From Camelus ferus (lineage: Eukaryota): 64,000 bases of DNA. Below the pieces are notes generated by a model. The model searched no databases. It saw only the letters and a list, made by a program, of their open reading frames with translations, and was not told the origin of the DNA. The position numbers and the translations under genes are program-made. Shown one piece after another: positions 36,343-50,774 of this stretch (positions within the stretch are counted from its first letter, which is position 1; every line of letters starts with the position of its first letter). The DNA lies in contig NC_045698.1 in assembly GCF_009834535.1 (NCBI RefSeq), positions 14,386,001-14,450,000 of the forward strand. The letters are read 5' to 3'.

Positions 36343-38789
36343 AGTATTTAAGTATATTTTGAATGGATGAATGAATGATGACTAATGAACAAGTCCTCAT
36401 TTGCTGTAGGGGAAATGTTACCAAATATTGTGAAACAACTAGTCATTCATTTCACAAAGCAAGCAAGTAAGTGTGTTAGGTGTTTTATTTCTGTAGAGGA
36501 AATTACTGTGACAAATCTTTGTCATTCAAATTATTAGAATTATAAATAAATTTTAGGGTTAAAATTGAGAGTTATTATTTAAAATTTATGGTTTATTTAG
36601 AAAATAAATTTAATATATATATGTATATACATACATATATTTTTAAAAGTCTCTAGGCTATTTCATACATTATTTTTCTGTTTTCTTTGACTAACTGGTA
36701 GGGTTCTCTGCATGCTGTTTAAAGATAATAATACTGAAATTGATTCACAAAGCAAGCAAATTTATAACAGCAGTGGTAATTAATGATAATATTTTTAAAG
36801 ATGCTGATCAATAAACAGGGTGAATTTCAAAATTAAAAGTCAGTTATGATTTTGCACACATATAAAAATTACAGTAATTTGTTTTTGCTGGTTCTGTCAA
36901 TATTTGGTCCAATCTGTCAAAGTATTGCACATTTTAATATATAGCTAATTACAATAATAAAGTCTTAAAATAAATCAGTAAGGAAATCAATATATACCTG
37001 TAAATTAGTGTGAAATGGCAAAAATAACTATTATTTTTGAAAGTGATATAACATTTTCAAATCTATGTAACAATGCCTCTGAGTAAATAGTATTATCTAT
37101 TTGTGAAAGACCAATATAATTCCATGAATTCAACATGCATGATTAAACTCCTACAGAAAATGTTCCAAAATATATAATCTAGTGTGAAGCAATAGACCAT
37201 ATAAAGATAGGGTAGTGTTACTAAAAATAGTGAAGCCACACTAGTATATTTCTCTTTATGCTTTGCTTTCAAGGATAAGGGTATTATAGTCTACTTAGAA
37301 ATGACAAACCTATTAAATAAAATGAAAAATTATATTGTAATTTTCAACTTCTTTTGGTAGAATTTTTTAAAATTTCTACAAAAAAATCTCAAACCAAGAA
37401 GAGTGCATTAATCTGAATTATGTTCTGTAAAGTGCATCAAAATTTTTCAATAAAGTATAATAGGCTGAAAGTCAAGAAAGTAGTTTTTCAAGTAACAGTA
37501 ATAATAATTTTTTTTCAGATTTTTTCCTTGGGGGTAAATTATTTTCATGGCAAATGTGGAAAAGTTTCTTAAGTGTCACTCTAAGTTATTCAGAATATTT
37601 TGAGTTAATTTGGCTCCTCATCCTTCTTAAAGCTTGTTTAGCCTCATGTACTTCACCTATTCTAAAAGTAATCCTTTCTGTTATTAAATATTATCCAAGT
37701 CATTTAGATAATAAACTCAGTAATATATTGGTAAAATAATCTAATCCCAGATTTATTCACTTTTTAATTAAAGAAGAAAAAAATATGTAATGAATGAAAC
37801 CAGAATGGCTGATATTTTTATATCCAGAAGACCTAAAGAGCGTATTTCTTTAAGCTCTGCTGCTTATATCAAATAGCTTGATAATTTTAGTATTGAAAAA
37901 TGAGCATTTTTAAAAGTAAATTATTTTAGTGTTATATTTTAATTAACTTTGATTATATATTTATCTTTATAATCAACTATATCTTGGACAAATTAAAGTA
38001 AACTTCTAGGTGTTTAACAAAGTTATATAAATATATAAATTTATGTTTTAACTGCACATTAACAGTTTGATGAAAAATATTATCAAGCATACAATTAAAA
38101 TGGCCTGGCTTGATAAAAGAAAAACATAGAAACACTTATACCTAAATTTTTATTTAATTTAGTTAGACTTTCCTTTCTTTGGAGAACTAGAATGTTTAAG
38201 AGCATTTGCCTATTACCCGCCATGACCACTAGATTTATAATATGGTCTTTCAAATTAAGGTCAATTAAGACATGTTGAGAACTTTTATATCAATAGCACT
38301 GTATAAACCTCTCCTCTGAGCTTAGACACGAAGCAGTTTAAGATCTGTTACTAGCATCAGAGAAGGCTGCATTAGTATTACATGTTCCTTAACCCTCTTC
38401 CTATTCCATTATCATTGTTATGCTATTCTTGTTTGCTCCATCTTGTGTTTTTACATTATTCCTTTTTAAAAATCAGCTGTGGACTGTACGAATTGAAGTT
38501 GTGAAGTGTCTTTAAGACTGTTTCAAGAGAGTCCTCGGATCCATTTAGCTGAAATGACAGAATTTGAAGTATGGTGTATGAGACCACAGTGGTTTTCTTG
38601 TGAATTCAATCATTCAGTAAGTTCTGCTTAACATGCCACTGTTTCCTAACAGAAATGTTGAGGGTGGGGGAGGTAGGAAGAAACATGAAAGCAATAATTT
38701 TCAAAAGAAAATATAAAGGAGGAGCATCAGTGATTTTTTTTTAAGCAAACATTTGTTATCTGATGGAAATACTAAACACAAACACTGGA

Positions 38790-39400
38790 ATATTCAGAAA
38801 TTATTCAGTCAACAAATCTGCGAGTGCCTATAATGAACACTGTCCTAGAAAGGGGGAAACTATTGAAGTGTAAAAATTTCTTCCCTGTTTGTGACCCCCA
38901 TGGAGTTTGTTTTAAGGTAATTGTAATTGGGCAAGTACATACATAATAATAACCTGCGATAATCGCTTGAAGCAAAATCTCCGCGTATTATGAGTGTACA
39001 CATCAAAGAAACTACAAAACGGATCTCAGAAGTCTTTTTCTCAGGACTGATATCAGATCCATGTTCTAATCAATATGTATGAATCAGCTAAATGAAGGCC
39101 TGGAGGGAGCAGTCGAGGCAAAAGATTCTGAATGCAAAGGACAAAGAACAACCCAGAATTAAGGCTTGAAGCTGAAGGGAGGGGAAGTGGATGCTGAAGA
39201 GGTCTGATGGGGATACAGAATCTAGGTTAAAAACATCTGTCTCTATAGAAAGAAAAAACAGGAATCCATAGAAGGGTTTCCAGCAGGAAAATGACATGGT
39301 CATATTTGCATTTTAAAATATCACTGATCAGACTGTGTAGATCAGATTAGCAGGGACAGAAATGCTTGCAGTCTGAACAGAGATGATGAATTGTCATGAA
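38790..39400 (-). mobile_element. L2 LINE 3' region
   Basis: TTATTCAGTCAACAAATCTGCGAGTGCCTA...GAAGGGTTTCCAGCAGGAAAATGACATGGTCATATTTGCATTTTAAAA. Confidence 0.75.
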
Positions 39401-39799
39401 TAACTGTGATCACCGTACTGTAACCTAGAAAAATAAACTATTTCTGGGTTTGTAATGCTTAAAGTGTGTAATCAGTTTTTGAAAATTATACACATTTTCT
39501 TCAGTAAGAGGAATGGGTTTATATATACAGATTTATTTTAAGAATATTTTCATCCATTTTAAATAATTTGAATTTAGAAGCAATAGTAATTTGCTTAAGG
39601 AGATTAATAAAGGTCATGGTGGTTAAAACCTCTGAGAACAGAACTAAAATTGAGACTTACCATTAACAACATGATTAAATGTGCAAAAGTAATCCATGAT
39701 GTGGGGAAATTAATTTACTACATTATGAAGGGTAAATCAAATTATAACATAAGGGAAAACTATTTGCTTTAAAGTAGCAAAGAAAATCAATTTTTAAGA

Positions 39800-40145
39800 A
39801 GTTTTTATATGGAATATTTCAAAATATGTGCAAGAAGAGAAAGGAGTGTAATGAGCCCCCATGGACCTATCACTCAATTTCAATAATTTTCAGCACGTGA
39901 AAATTTGTTTTATCTAAATCCTTTATCTATACCCTTCATTCCTACCCAAGTAAGACTGAGGCAAATGAAGACATTATATTAATTGATATGTGAATATTTC
40001 AGTATATATTTTTGAATAACAAGAATCCCCTTTTTCAATCATAACTGTCATCAGACACTTACTGCTAAAATATAATTATTCGTTTATCTAATATTACATA
40101 TCCAGTCATGCTCATATTATTTCTCTAATTGAAGCATAAATGTTC
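39800..40145 (-). mobile_element. Old L1 (L1MC4/5-like) 3' end
   Basis: GTATAATGAACCCCCATG-like motif (GTGTAATGAGCCCCCATG) and GAATATTTCAGTATATAT. Confidence 0.7.
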
Positions 40146-40199
40146 CTTTTGTTTGTTAGTCTAATATTCTCTTAGCTTGTCCTGCAATTCTCAAACTTT

Positions 40200-41400
40200 C
40201 ATTTTCTAATCGGTATGCCCCCAAGGACTTTTATCTTTTACTTTAAAGTCCAATTATTTCCCTCGACTATGCCTAAGTCTTGGAAATTCTTGTTTGACTT
40301 CCCCAGGAACTCATGGTGCTCTTTCATTATGCAATTTCAAGTCCTGTTTTGTTTATTTTCTTGGATTATATGTTTTAGGATGTGTAGTTTATTTGGTTTT
40401 CTCCTTCAGGGAAGACTATTACATTTTTTTTAATATTCATTTTAGTTCTTAAATGACTTTATTCACATCCATTTTCCTATCTTTCTTTTCTCCAATCACC
40501 TCATTCCTGATATTTTATAGTTTGATTTATGTTGTTGGCTCATAACTTCTATGATTTTCTTTCTTTTCCCTCATTTTGAAATATCAGGTTATATTTTTCA
40601 TTTGTTTTGTGAGCATGGATGTCCAACATGTTTTTTTCATTTGTAAGAGGTTCATCTCGTTCTTATCCTTTTTTTTCCTTCTGTAACTTTTAAAGAACAA
40701 AGCCACAATCTGTTTCAGTGACTCAGTTTTAAGTGAAATGAAATTTTCGTATAGTTTAAAGAGAAAGGAATGGACCAGTATCACTTTCTAGTTTCACTAA
40801 TGTAACGCCCCCTTTCTTTTGCTTTCAGCATGATTTAAAACAATAGGATTCAGCTTCCTGAAATCTTTATCCTTTCATCTGAACCTTCTTTAATTACTTG
40901 TTCATTATCCTCCCCAGCTTATTAGGATTCTAGTCCCTTGCTTTGCCTCAAGACAGTACTTTGGTTTCAGGGTTCCTACTTCCAGACATCTGGTCTACTT
41001 GATCACCATTGACCTTTTGTTCCACTGCTCTCATTGAAAACTGGAAGCTTCAAATCCCACAACCATCACAACTACCACTTTCAGATGCTGTGTTAGGACT
41101 GCCCACCGAGTCTTCCAGTGAGCCCACGATGATGATTTTCAGTTCTCTGCCTCTCAGGCTGACTCTCACTTCCTCTTATATAACTCTTGACAGCAATTAT
41201 GTCTTGTAGCCATTGGTACTTATCTCAAACCATTTATATTCTGGGGCTCATGAGAATTATTTTTTACCTAGTTTTGCTGTAGGTGCTGTCCTACTTACTG
41301 TCCTACTTGATTTTGCTGTCCTACTTGCTCTTTTTCTCTTTATCAGTGGAATTCTACTAGATCTAACAAAATAACCACTGACAACGCCATCATCCCAGAA
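40200..41400 (-). mobile_element. HAL1/ancient L1 5' portion
   Basis: T-rich antisense ORF1-like sequence ending CGCCATCATCCCAGAA (reverse complement of a TTCTGGGAxGATGGCG start). Confidence 0.5.
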
Positions 41401-42565
41401 TATTTTAACTATAATTTTTCAATACACTACAATGCAATAGCGCATTTAAGCAAGCAATTGTAGATGATCTTCTTATAGTCAGAAGTTAGACACAAGTATT
41501 CCTCTATTCTCAGCCCTGGATCAAATCTTTGTAAAACACACAGATGTTGTCAGTTCAGTGTAATATGCATTATTGAGCAACTACTGTATGCAACATATTG
41601 CTTTATGTCCTTCAGAAGAGATGAAAGCAAGCACAAATACTCTCTATAGGTGTTTCAAATTCCAATGGAGAAAATAAATGCATACATAGTTAACCCCGAT
41701 AATAAATTAATTTTAAACAGCTATAAGACTCACTCTTTTTGGTGAGAATCAATATTAACACTGTCAAGCATGCCTATTTAAAGGCTTGAAAAAATAGAAT
41801 ACTATGAAACCAGTGCAAAAATATAGATTTCTATTCTTTAACCTGGAAATATGTCAGTTCTGTATTTCTAAGGGAAAACAAAATCTGTCTAGATAACACT
41901 GTAAAATAGGATTTCATTTTAACAATAAACATATGTTGGAAATATATATAAGTGTTTATCAAAATAGTAAATGGTAATAATCTCTCAGTGATGGGATTAG
42001 AGAAGCATTTTATACTTTCACTTTATTTTTGCAATATTTTCTTCTATTTGGGTGACTATTTTTTGCAATGAACAAGCATCACAGGTAAAATAAAATTAGG
42101 CTCTTTGTATTTTTACAAGCCATGAAACACTGGAAAGGCAGTGAAAAATATTTTTGCATATAAGATAAATTTATGACCAAGATAATCGACACTGTCTGCT
42201 CAAGATATGTAAGAATGGATTATTTGCCTATGGATAAATTTCAGTCCTATTATAAATAAGAAGGAAGAGGAGGAAGGGAGGAGAAGAAAACAACATTAGT
42301 AACCTATTCAAGCTCAGGTGCTGTAACCGCAGACTCACTAGTCTGACACTAGCAGTTATGATCCTATGACCCCAACCATCACCCTCCCGCTTCCTCCTGC
42401 TATTCCTGATAAAGCTAAATGTCAAGATCAGTTTCTTATTTTGGTTGAGATTATTGTTACCTCTCTTTCCAGTTAAGATTTGTGTCATAGGCTAACAATG
42501 ACCAGAGGGTCCGTGGATCCTAATGTTATCCTTTCAAGCGCATCCCTTTCAAACTGGCTTACCAG

Positions 42566-43010
42566 TGTTGCAGAGATAGGCTGGAGGCTCTCTCAGCCCT
42601 TTCCAAAGGTGACAGCTAAACTCTATTTCCCATCCCCGCCTGGCATTCTTGTAGGGTTTTGTGACTATTTCTAACCAAGGGAACGTGAGTAGAAATTGTG
42701 TATCACTTCTATCCCTGGGCTGTTTAACAGAGGATGTGTCTACATCTCTGTTTCTGTCTCTGGATCTGTCACTATCTCCCTCTCTCTCTCCTCCTGGTCA
42801 GCCACCTGGACAGTGCAGGGCTGACCTCAGTCTTCTGATGAGCACACAAGAGCCACAGGCAGCATGCGTGCATCTTAAAATACATTCCCAAACGACTTCA
42901 GAAAGCTATCCTCCCTGCCTACCTCACTGGACTGTGCTGGGATAGAACAGGAGTCTAAACCACTGAGTTTTGAAGAGTTATCTGCTAACCAATTAGGAAT
43001 GTTACCCCAA
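42566..43010 (+). mobile_element. MLT1 (I/J-like) solo LTR
   Basis: CAGCTAAACTCTATTTCCCA...GTGACTATTTCTAACCAAGGGAACGTGAGTAGAA...TAAACCACTGAG. Confidence 0.65.
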
Positions 43011-44229
43011 AGAACAACAGCAACTTTCAAACTCATTTTTGATACTTGGTTGAATTTTTCTTGTATTTAATTTAAAAATGTTTAGCAGCATAAGATACAA
43101 ATCAACTATTGTTTTCTATTTTTCATTGACCAAGCTAATTATGTCCTTCTTGATTAGCCTTGCTTCTAAGGAGTATGCAGTTTAAAAAAAAATGAAAATA
43201 ATAGGCGTTTATTTTCTGTAACCTTTTCATAGAACAAATCATTTTTTTCAAATTTAGTTTTCTTATTTTCCTATATGGTAACGATAGAACTGTGAATTTG
43301 CACATTTTGAGTCTTTTGGTCAATTCAGAACAAATTCTTCAACTTTAATTTAATGGAAGTGGGTAAGATACTGAGTTAAAGTACTTGGAAGATACTCCAA
43401 TACAGTTTATGTTTTACATAAATTTATAAGACAGACATAGATTCTCTTGCTCCATGTTGTTATTTTAATTCTGTGATAAAAATGGTGACTTGAAAAATTC
43501 TATAATTATAAGGACCCTTTTAGGCTGGCTAAAAATTAGCCTGTCTTATTTTTTTGGAAACAAATTAACTTTTCAGCCTAAGAGGTGCTGGTAAGTTAAT
43601 TTGCAAAATGTTTGCAGTGCCCCAGAAAAATATCAATTTATATTAAAAAGCAACAGAAATATTGCATTTTCCCAGCTACCATAATAACCATTTCAAGTAA
43701 TTTCTTTTAAAATAAGCTTATTTTGGTAATTTTTTTTTTAATTTGAGATCTCTCCTCATTTCTTACTTTGACAAATAAACATACCTGGAAAAATTTTTTA
43801 AAATCTTACATAATGGATAATATTGGACTTGTGAGACGCATCAATAACATGAGGTTTTTCTCCTCTATGATTTTTTTTTTTTTTTGGCTTGTAGTATCAG
43901 TTTCAGAATTCTGTTAATATTGACACTTAATTTTCCTGCAAAGGACGGCACTGGCGGATATATAGTGCCCACATTAGTAGGTCAAAGGAGAACTGTATAT
44001 TGAACATCTGCTATGACCTAAGCCCTACTCTCTCAGTATCCCTGTAGCAGGGTCCTGGGACAGAGAGGAGAACCAGAGAATTTTGTTTGCATCTTCGAGT
44101 TATTATCCATTTCTTTCCTATATAAATCCAATTTAGAATAAATTGTTAACTGGAAGATCTGAGCACCTAACATTCCATGTAGACAACTGTGAATTTCTAT
44201 GGCTAGTGTGTCTGCCTCACCTTACCAGT

Positions 44230-44645
44230 TTTGATGGTTAATTTATGTTTCAACTTGACTGGACCATGGGGTGCCCAGATATTTCATCAATATTTGGGGG
44301 GATTATGTCTGTGAGAGTGTGTTTGTATGAGATTAATATTTAATATTTGAATAGGTAGAGATAGTTTTTTCCTCCCTTCGGAGTCAGTCTGGAAAATTGG
44401 CTCTTCTTGGCTCCCAAGCCTGGAGACTTTCAGACTAGAACCTACATCATCAGCTCTTCTAGCTCTCCAGGTTCTTAACTTTTGGACTTGGACTTGAATT
44501 ACACTATCTTCCTTTCTTGGGTCTCCAGTTTGCCTGTTACAAATCTTGGAACTACTTAGCCCCTTTTATTGCATAAGCCACTCCCTTATAATTAACTTTT
44601 TTTCATATATCTATACATATACCCACATACATACATATACCTATA

Positions 44646-44692
<47 letters not shown>

Positions 44693-44730
44693 TGTTGTTT
44701 CTGTTTTTCTGAAAAACCTTGACAAATACA
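44230..44730 (+). mobile_element. MLT2 (ERVL) solo LTR with perfect 5-bp TSD
   Basis: T(T)TGATGGTTAATTTATGTTTCAACTTGACTGG ... CCTTGACAAATACA; CCAGT at 44225-44229 and 44731-44735; internal (AT)n at 44650-44690. Confidence 0.92.
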
Positions 44731-44995
44731 CCAGTCTTCTTTATTTTCCTTTCCTCTCTTAGCTACTTGGTGATAAATGAGGTAGCTTCTTTTAAGTTCT
44801 AATTTAAGAAAAATCATGAAATACCTAAAGCAGGTGCGAGAGCAAGCCTTTCTTCAATAATTAGTGTAAATAGAGTTTCTCTCCCTCTCTTTCTTTTTTT
44901 TTTTCCTAAAGAAATCATTGTCCACTTTCGTCACACACCAGGTGGCAACATATTGAGTGGAAAATATATAAGAACAGTGGGGATGTGCAGACAAT

Positions 44996-45195
44996 AATAA
45001 TAGTACCTTCCTCTGCATTGTCTCTTGTACTTTTCAAAGCATTTCCTCATAGAATTGAGTCACACAAAATAACTATAGGATGAGGAGAGCAGACATTTTC
45101 ATCCTTTACAGATGAGAAAATCAAGGCACTACTGAGAAAAGTCAGTGGCAGAACTAAATTTTCAAACTGGGTCTTCTGACAATAAATCAAGAAGT
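44996..45195 (-). mobile_element. MIR SINE
   Basis: Core TTTACAGATGAGAAAATCAAGGCAC. Confidence 0.7.
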
Positions 45196-45354
45196 ATTCT
45201 TACAACTGAATGACTCTGTTTGTAGACAGAACTGCATTATGTTTTTCAAGAGGGAATAGACAGTCACTTAAAAGAGAAAGGACAAATAAGACCTAGTGGA
45301 TTTCTGCTCCAAAAGGCAAGAGGGATGATGTAAACTTAGAGAAACTAATAGCTA

Positions 45355-45469
<115 letters not shown>

Positions 45470-45927
45470 ATCAGGGTGATTTGTAGATCATTACAAAGAA
45501 GTATTTAATGCATGCACTCTAAAGAAAAGGGAGTTTCAACATGAAAATTAATGAAAAAGTAATAATATTAGCAACAGTGTTAGCAAAAGCCCACCTTTAC
45601 TGAACACATGTTCAACCTGAAGAATCTTCCAGGAAAGTTTGCTTGTTCTAAAGGTGATTTGGCAACAAAAATGTTATCATCTCATTTCAACATATTTGAT
45701 GAAACAGACTACTAGAGTAAATAACCTCTTCAAAATATATGACATCGAGAATATACTATGCCAAAAACCAGAAGCATTTCTAAAACGAAAGGAAAACAAA
45801 CCAGCAAACCTTTCTGAGAAGTTTGACATTATTGAATAACTTGCAAAGTTCTTAATTTAAACATAGTATTTAGAGCTTACAAGTAGAAAAACAGGAACTA
45901 ACCATATTATATGCTACAGTCACAAGT

Positions 45928-46397
45928 TGTCTTAAATTTTGTTCTCCAGAAATAGACCTGAGACAATAACTCATGTAAAAGTTGATTTATTAGGAAGACT
46001 TGCCAGAGGCCTAAAATTGGCCAGGGAAATAGGAAGTGGGATTAGGCAGGGAAGAAACCAAGGAAGTCAAGCAAGAGTAAGTCTGGCTCAGTCTGATACA
46101 GGACATTTGGAGAAAATGTGAGTCATACCTTAACATTCTTCAGCTGGGGAATACTTATTCCTCTGCGCACCTTATTCATTGGTTAAAGGCAAGGGTAGAC
46201 AGGCAGTGGGGGCTCCAGTTCTCCCAGGCTGAAGACCTAGAGGGATGTGGCACCCTGGCAGCAGCTCTCTCAAGAACATATGCAGATGCTAGGGGTTGGG
46301 TGGAAAAGTCAGCAGAAGGCCAACAGCTGATATGCACAAACATAGGAAAATTCACTCTAAGGATACAGGCAGAGCACTGACACAGCTGTTGCTCCAG
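45928..46397 (-). mobile_element. LTR16-like ERVL solo LTR
   Basis: TGTCTTAAATTTTGTTCTCCAGAAATAGACCTGAGACAA...GATTTATTAGGAAG ... GGATACAGGCAGAGCACTGACAC. Confidence 0.65.
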
Positions 46398-46670
46398 CCA
46401 AGTGACTGATCAACAGTCCTTTTATATGAAGCACGGGAGCTTCTTCATCACCACTTCCCTGCCTCTTGACTTGCTGCACTTCTACTTGTCTACTCATGGA
46501 CCACTGATCACTGAGGACAGTTATCTAAGATGAAGGAGGGACTGTCTTCTAGTACATTTAAAATTCTACAAAGGAATAAATCTCCTAAGGTAAATATAGG
46601 CACTAGAGACAGATCCTGTAGCGTTCATGGCTCAAACTATATGAAATCAACAATGTTCAAGTGTGCCAGG

Positions 46671-47138
46671 CTGTTAGATTGGTGACCCCTCAGTGAACAC
46701 CTTGCAGTTATCCCTTCCGACACTTTCTCTGGGCTTGGCTAGAAAATTTGCTTCAGTCAATGGGCATCAGCAAGTGCATGCACAGCAACTTGATAAGCAC
46801 TTGCTTTTTGGGGTTTTGTCCTCTTAAAAGAGCCCCTCTTGGTATCCCTCTGCCAGGTTATAAGAAATCCTAGGACATTTTACTGGGGAGAAAGGGGCAT
46901 ATTGAGGAGCAAATATAGGGGGGCTGAGACATTGTGCAGAGTAAGAGGTCTCAGGGAGGAGAAGCAATGTGTCCCAGCTGATTTCTCAGCCGAATGCAAC
47001 CATACACACTCTCCCAGCTAATAACAGGAGGAGTAGAATTGCTCTGAAAATCTACAGAATCATAAGAAATAAATTACTCTTGCTTCAAGCTACAAATGTT
47101 GGTGTGCTTTTGCGACATACTAATATATAACTAATACA
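46671..47138 (+). mobile_element. MLT1 (F/G/H-like) solo LTR
   Basis: CAATGGGCATCAGCAAGTG...CTTGATAAGCACTTGC...CAGAATCATAAGAAATAAA...ATAACTAATACA. Confidence 0.75.
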
Positions 47139-47269
47139 GTTTTTGCCCTATGGAAATGGTAATTTCATATGATTCAAACTAAAAACATCAAAATAATACT
47201 AATCAAACCACTTTCTGTAGACAGTACTACCAGTTACCCAGTCCTACGCTGGTTAATGCACCCGGTTAG

Positions 47270-47445
47270 TGTCTTTCTGAGTTAATCCTCCAGTTAACCT
47301 GTGCTGTGAGACAGGCATTAATGCATAATCCCAAAGCTGGAGAAAATGAGTCTCAGAGAGCTCAAGTGGCTTGTCTAAGACCACAGAGTAATTTGCAGAG
47401 TCATAACCTGAATCCACATTTGCTGGGATTCAGGCTACCCCTTTC
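47270..47445 (-). mobile_element. MIR SINE
   Basis: GGAGAAAATGAGTCTCAGAGAGCTCAAGTGGCTTGTCTAAGACCACA. Confidence 0.7.
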
Positions 47446-47792
47446 CCTCTCTGCTGCAAATTTTACTTTCTCATAAGGGTCCTTAAACATGACAGGCATA
47501 AATTGCCATGAGGCTTGTCAATTTGCCAGAGCAAGGACAATGAGTATGAGTTATCTGCTTTGTAAAACTGTCGTTGAACATCCTTTACATCTAGGATGGA
47601 GCAAAATAAACTAGTAAAACTAACCCTTCATTCCTCCTATACAAAAATGTTCTCATCTTGAGTGTTAATCGTGAAACCAAGAAAACATTACATCTTTTGG
47701 TAACCTGAATGATTGGCATACTTTGACTACTTCAACTTCAGTTGTAGTGATGAAGAAATACAAATGTACAACTTTCCTTAGTATGATGACAA

Positions 47793-48083
47793 TAGTACAG
47801 TGTTGAAAAATTTAGGCTATAGAGCAAAAGTGCCTGATGTAAATTCTAGTTATTTCCTTTACTGGTTCTGTGACCCTGAGCAAGTTATTTAACTTCTCTG
47901 AGTCCTTAGTTTCCTCATCTGTAAAATCATGGAACTAATACTATCTACCTCGTTAACTTCATTAGTCGTGGAAATTCAAACAATCACTATATGTAAAGTG
48001 CTAAGAATAGTGCCTCGCATAGAGCCGACTCTGTGTGTTAGCTGTTATGACTATTATTATTACTGTTATTGTCATTATTATTA
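47793..48083 (+). mobile_element. MIR SINE, near full length
   Basis: TGTGACCCTGAGCAAGTTATTTAACTTCTCTGAGTCCTTAGTTTCCTCATCTGTAAAAT core and a (TAT)n tail. Confidence 0.92.
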
Positions 48084-49819
48084 ATTTCCTTTTAGAAGTC
48101 AAAGTAAACTTATAGTCATGGGTACGAACCCATGCTTAAACATGTTGTCAGAAACAACTATTTTGTAAAATAAGTACAGTGGATTTGACAGAATAAAGGG
48201 CTTTATTCATTTAGAAAGTGTGACTTTAATGGTCATTTAACTGTAATAATATCATTTTAATTAATAATATATTTTTATGTATCTTTTATCTTCTAAGTTC
48301 ATCCTAGTCCTGGGCATAATAGGCAAAATTATTTTCCAAATAGAGAATAAATAGTTAAAACAAAAACAAAACAGTGAAAACAGAAACAATGGGAAAAAAA
48401 AAACGAAAAGACCAGAGCTTTTGATTTTGACATCGTATCATATTCCACAACAGGGAGCCTTTCTTTGTGTTTTCACAGGCCCTTTGCTTTACTTTAATAT
48501 AATATTTAGTGCCTGTTAGAGACATTCATTTGCACGCAGTCTTCTCTTTACCTGGACTAGTTGTCCTTTGAATCCAGAGACTGCTTCCTCAATACTGTTA
48601 CTTTTGTGCTGAGATGCGTGCTTAGCACTGAGTGTCAGTTCAGAAACTATCTGCTGAATGAAATGAACAAATAAACTACACGCTGGATGACTCATTCCTC
48701 ATTAGGCGTATGGCTCTTTTGGTTAATATTGATTTTGCCTAACAAACCTTCCTCAAAATTTACATTTGGAAACAGTTATTCTTAATTCCCTGGGAACAGA
48801 TGATGACAGAAACCCAGGGCACTGCAAGGATGAAATGCTCTCAAAACTACTGACTCTCTAACATAGTTTGAACTTGAGGGAACACTCATCTAGTAACATG
48901 AGTCTTCAGAAACCACATAAACATTTTCCAAAGTATACACGGAAGCTTTAATAAAGGCATTGCAATGGATAGGCACCCAGACACAAGGTAAAACAAAGAA
49001 TGAAAGGACCTGTCATGATTTGATTATTAATTTATATCCAGATCATCAGTAGTTTTAAAGAAATCTCCCTGATGCGGTGAAATCAAATACAAGCTTTATT
49101 CACTGTATATTCCTCATGTAAAGCAGCTTTGTAAATCTTTTCTTCTGGCTTGTTTTATTCTTGTATACCTTTTCAACAATCAAAAACAAAAATCTCTCTC
49201 ACCTAAGCTTAAGGTAGCTAAAATTGTCATTCTGCCTCTGCATATCAGAGATAGTATGTGGCTGTGATAATACAAAGCATGTCAGTTTCTGTGTTTGGCT
49301 CTCTGTAATTCTCTGAGCAATTCACACCTCAGAGTGATTTTGTCAGGAACGAACTGTTACATGTACAGCAAACATCTTGAGGACTTTTATGCCTTAGTAA
49401 TTAGCTGCTCTAATGAAGATGTTTTACATTGTCTCTTTCCCACTGTTGACTATAATCAAAAAATCATTTCTCTTTAGAAATCACAATATCAGAAAATCAG
49501 TGTGATTTACGTTAGAAAAAGGAATCCATGGTGTGTTCTAGCGGAGGAGTCATGGCCTCGAGTCAGGAGTTACTCCCCTGATACACCTTAATTAGGCTTT
49601 GGGCTCTCAGTTGCCTTATTAAGGTTATGCTTCCATTGCCTGAGAGCAAAGAACTAGATCTTGAAACAGCAAGTTCACTTCCAGATTCAAGTTCTATTAA
49701 TTTGAATTATACCAATGGGGTTAGTTAAAATAAGAACTATTCATAATTTACTCCATCACTGTTATATTTATTATATTTCTTTCTCAGCTTGATTTCCCAA
49801 GAGATACTCAACAATTCTC

Positions 49820-50692
49820 AATAAATAGCAATTCTACTTATCAATTTTTCAGGCTCAAAACCTTGAACTTACTCTTGCTTCCGCTTTTCATTACCCACCC
49901 CGTATCCAAGTCAATAAGAAGTTCTGTCAACTCTGTCTTCAAAATATTTACTGAATCACATCATCTCTTATGACCTTCGCTGCCAACATCCTCAACCACA
50001 TTTCACAATTTTTGTCATCTAGTATTACAGTTGCATCTTAAATGATCAATCTACACCCACTCTTGCCCTCTCCCAGTATACTCACAACGTAGCAATCACA
50101 AGGATTCTTTGAAAAACAAATTACCTTATGCCACTCCTCCGCCCAATGCACTTCAATGCACTCCACTGTCTTCCCCTGTCATTCAGAATAAAAGCCAAAG
50201 TCCATGTTCTGACTCCCAAACTCTGTGTGTCTTGGCATCCTCTAGCTCTTTGACCTTATCCCTGGTGCTCACTTCACTTCAGCCACAACAGGCCCCCTGC
50301 TGGTCCTCAAACAGCCATATTTTTGTCTGAGGACCCTTCATTCTTGAGGTCCCTTCTGTTGATATCTTCAAAGCTCACTTTTCACTCCCTTCAGGTCTCT
50401 GCTCAAATATTACTTAATCTGAGAAGATGCCTCTAACCACTTCATGTAAAACAGAGCAATGCCCACCCTTCTTTTATATGTATCCTGTTTTTTTTTAATT
50501 GCCTACACCACCTTATGTATAACACACACACAAATTTGTTATCTGTCACAAACTCCCTCTTTCACTAGATTCTGAGTACCATGCTAGCAGTAAATTGATC
50601 TATTTTAGTCAATTTTACACCTAGAGATTAAAATAGTGCTTGCTTTCAGTTGGCATGTGATAAATATATTGCTGAAGAAAAAAAATGAATGA
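49820..50692 (+). mobile_element. L2 (L2a-like) 3' region
   Basis: TCAGGCTCAAAACCTTG...CAGAATAAAAGCCAAAGTCC...TTCAGGTCTCTGCTCAAAT...AATGAATGAA tail. Confidence 0.85.
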
Positions 50693-50774
50693 AGTCATAA
50701 GAAGAGAAAAAAGGAAAATGGGAGGGAAAACAAACATGGAAATAGAAAGTAGGAGTTAAGTAAGATACATCTAT

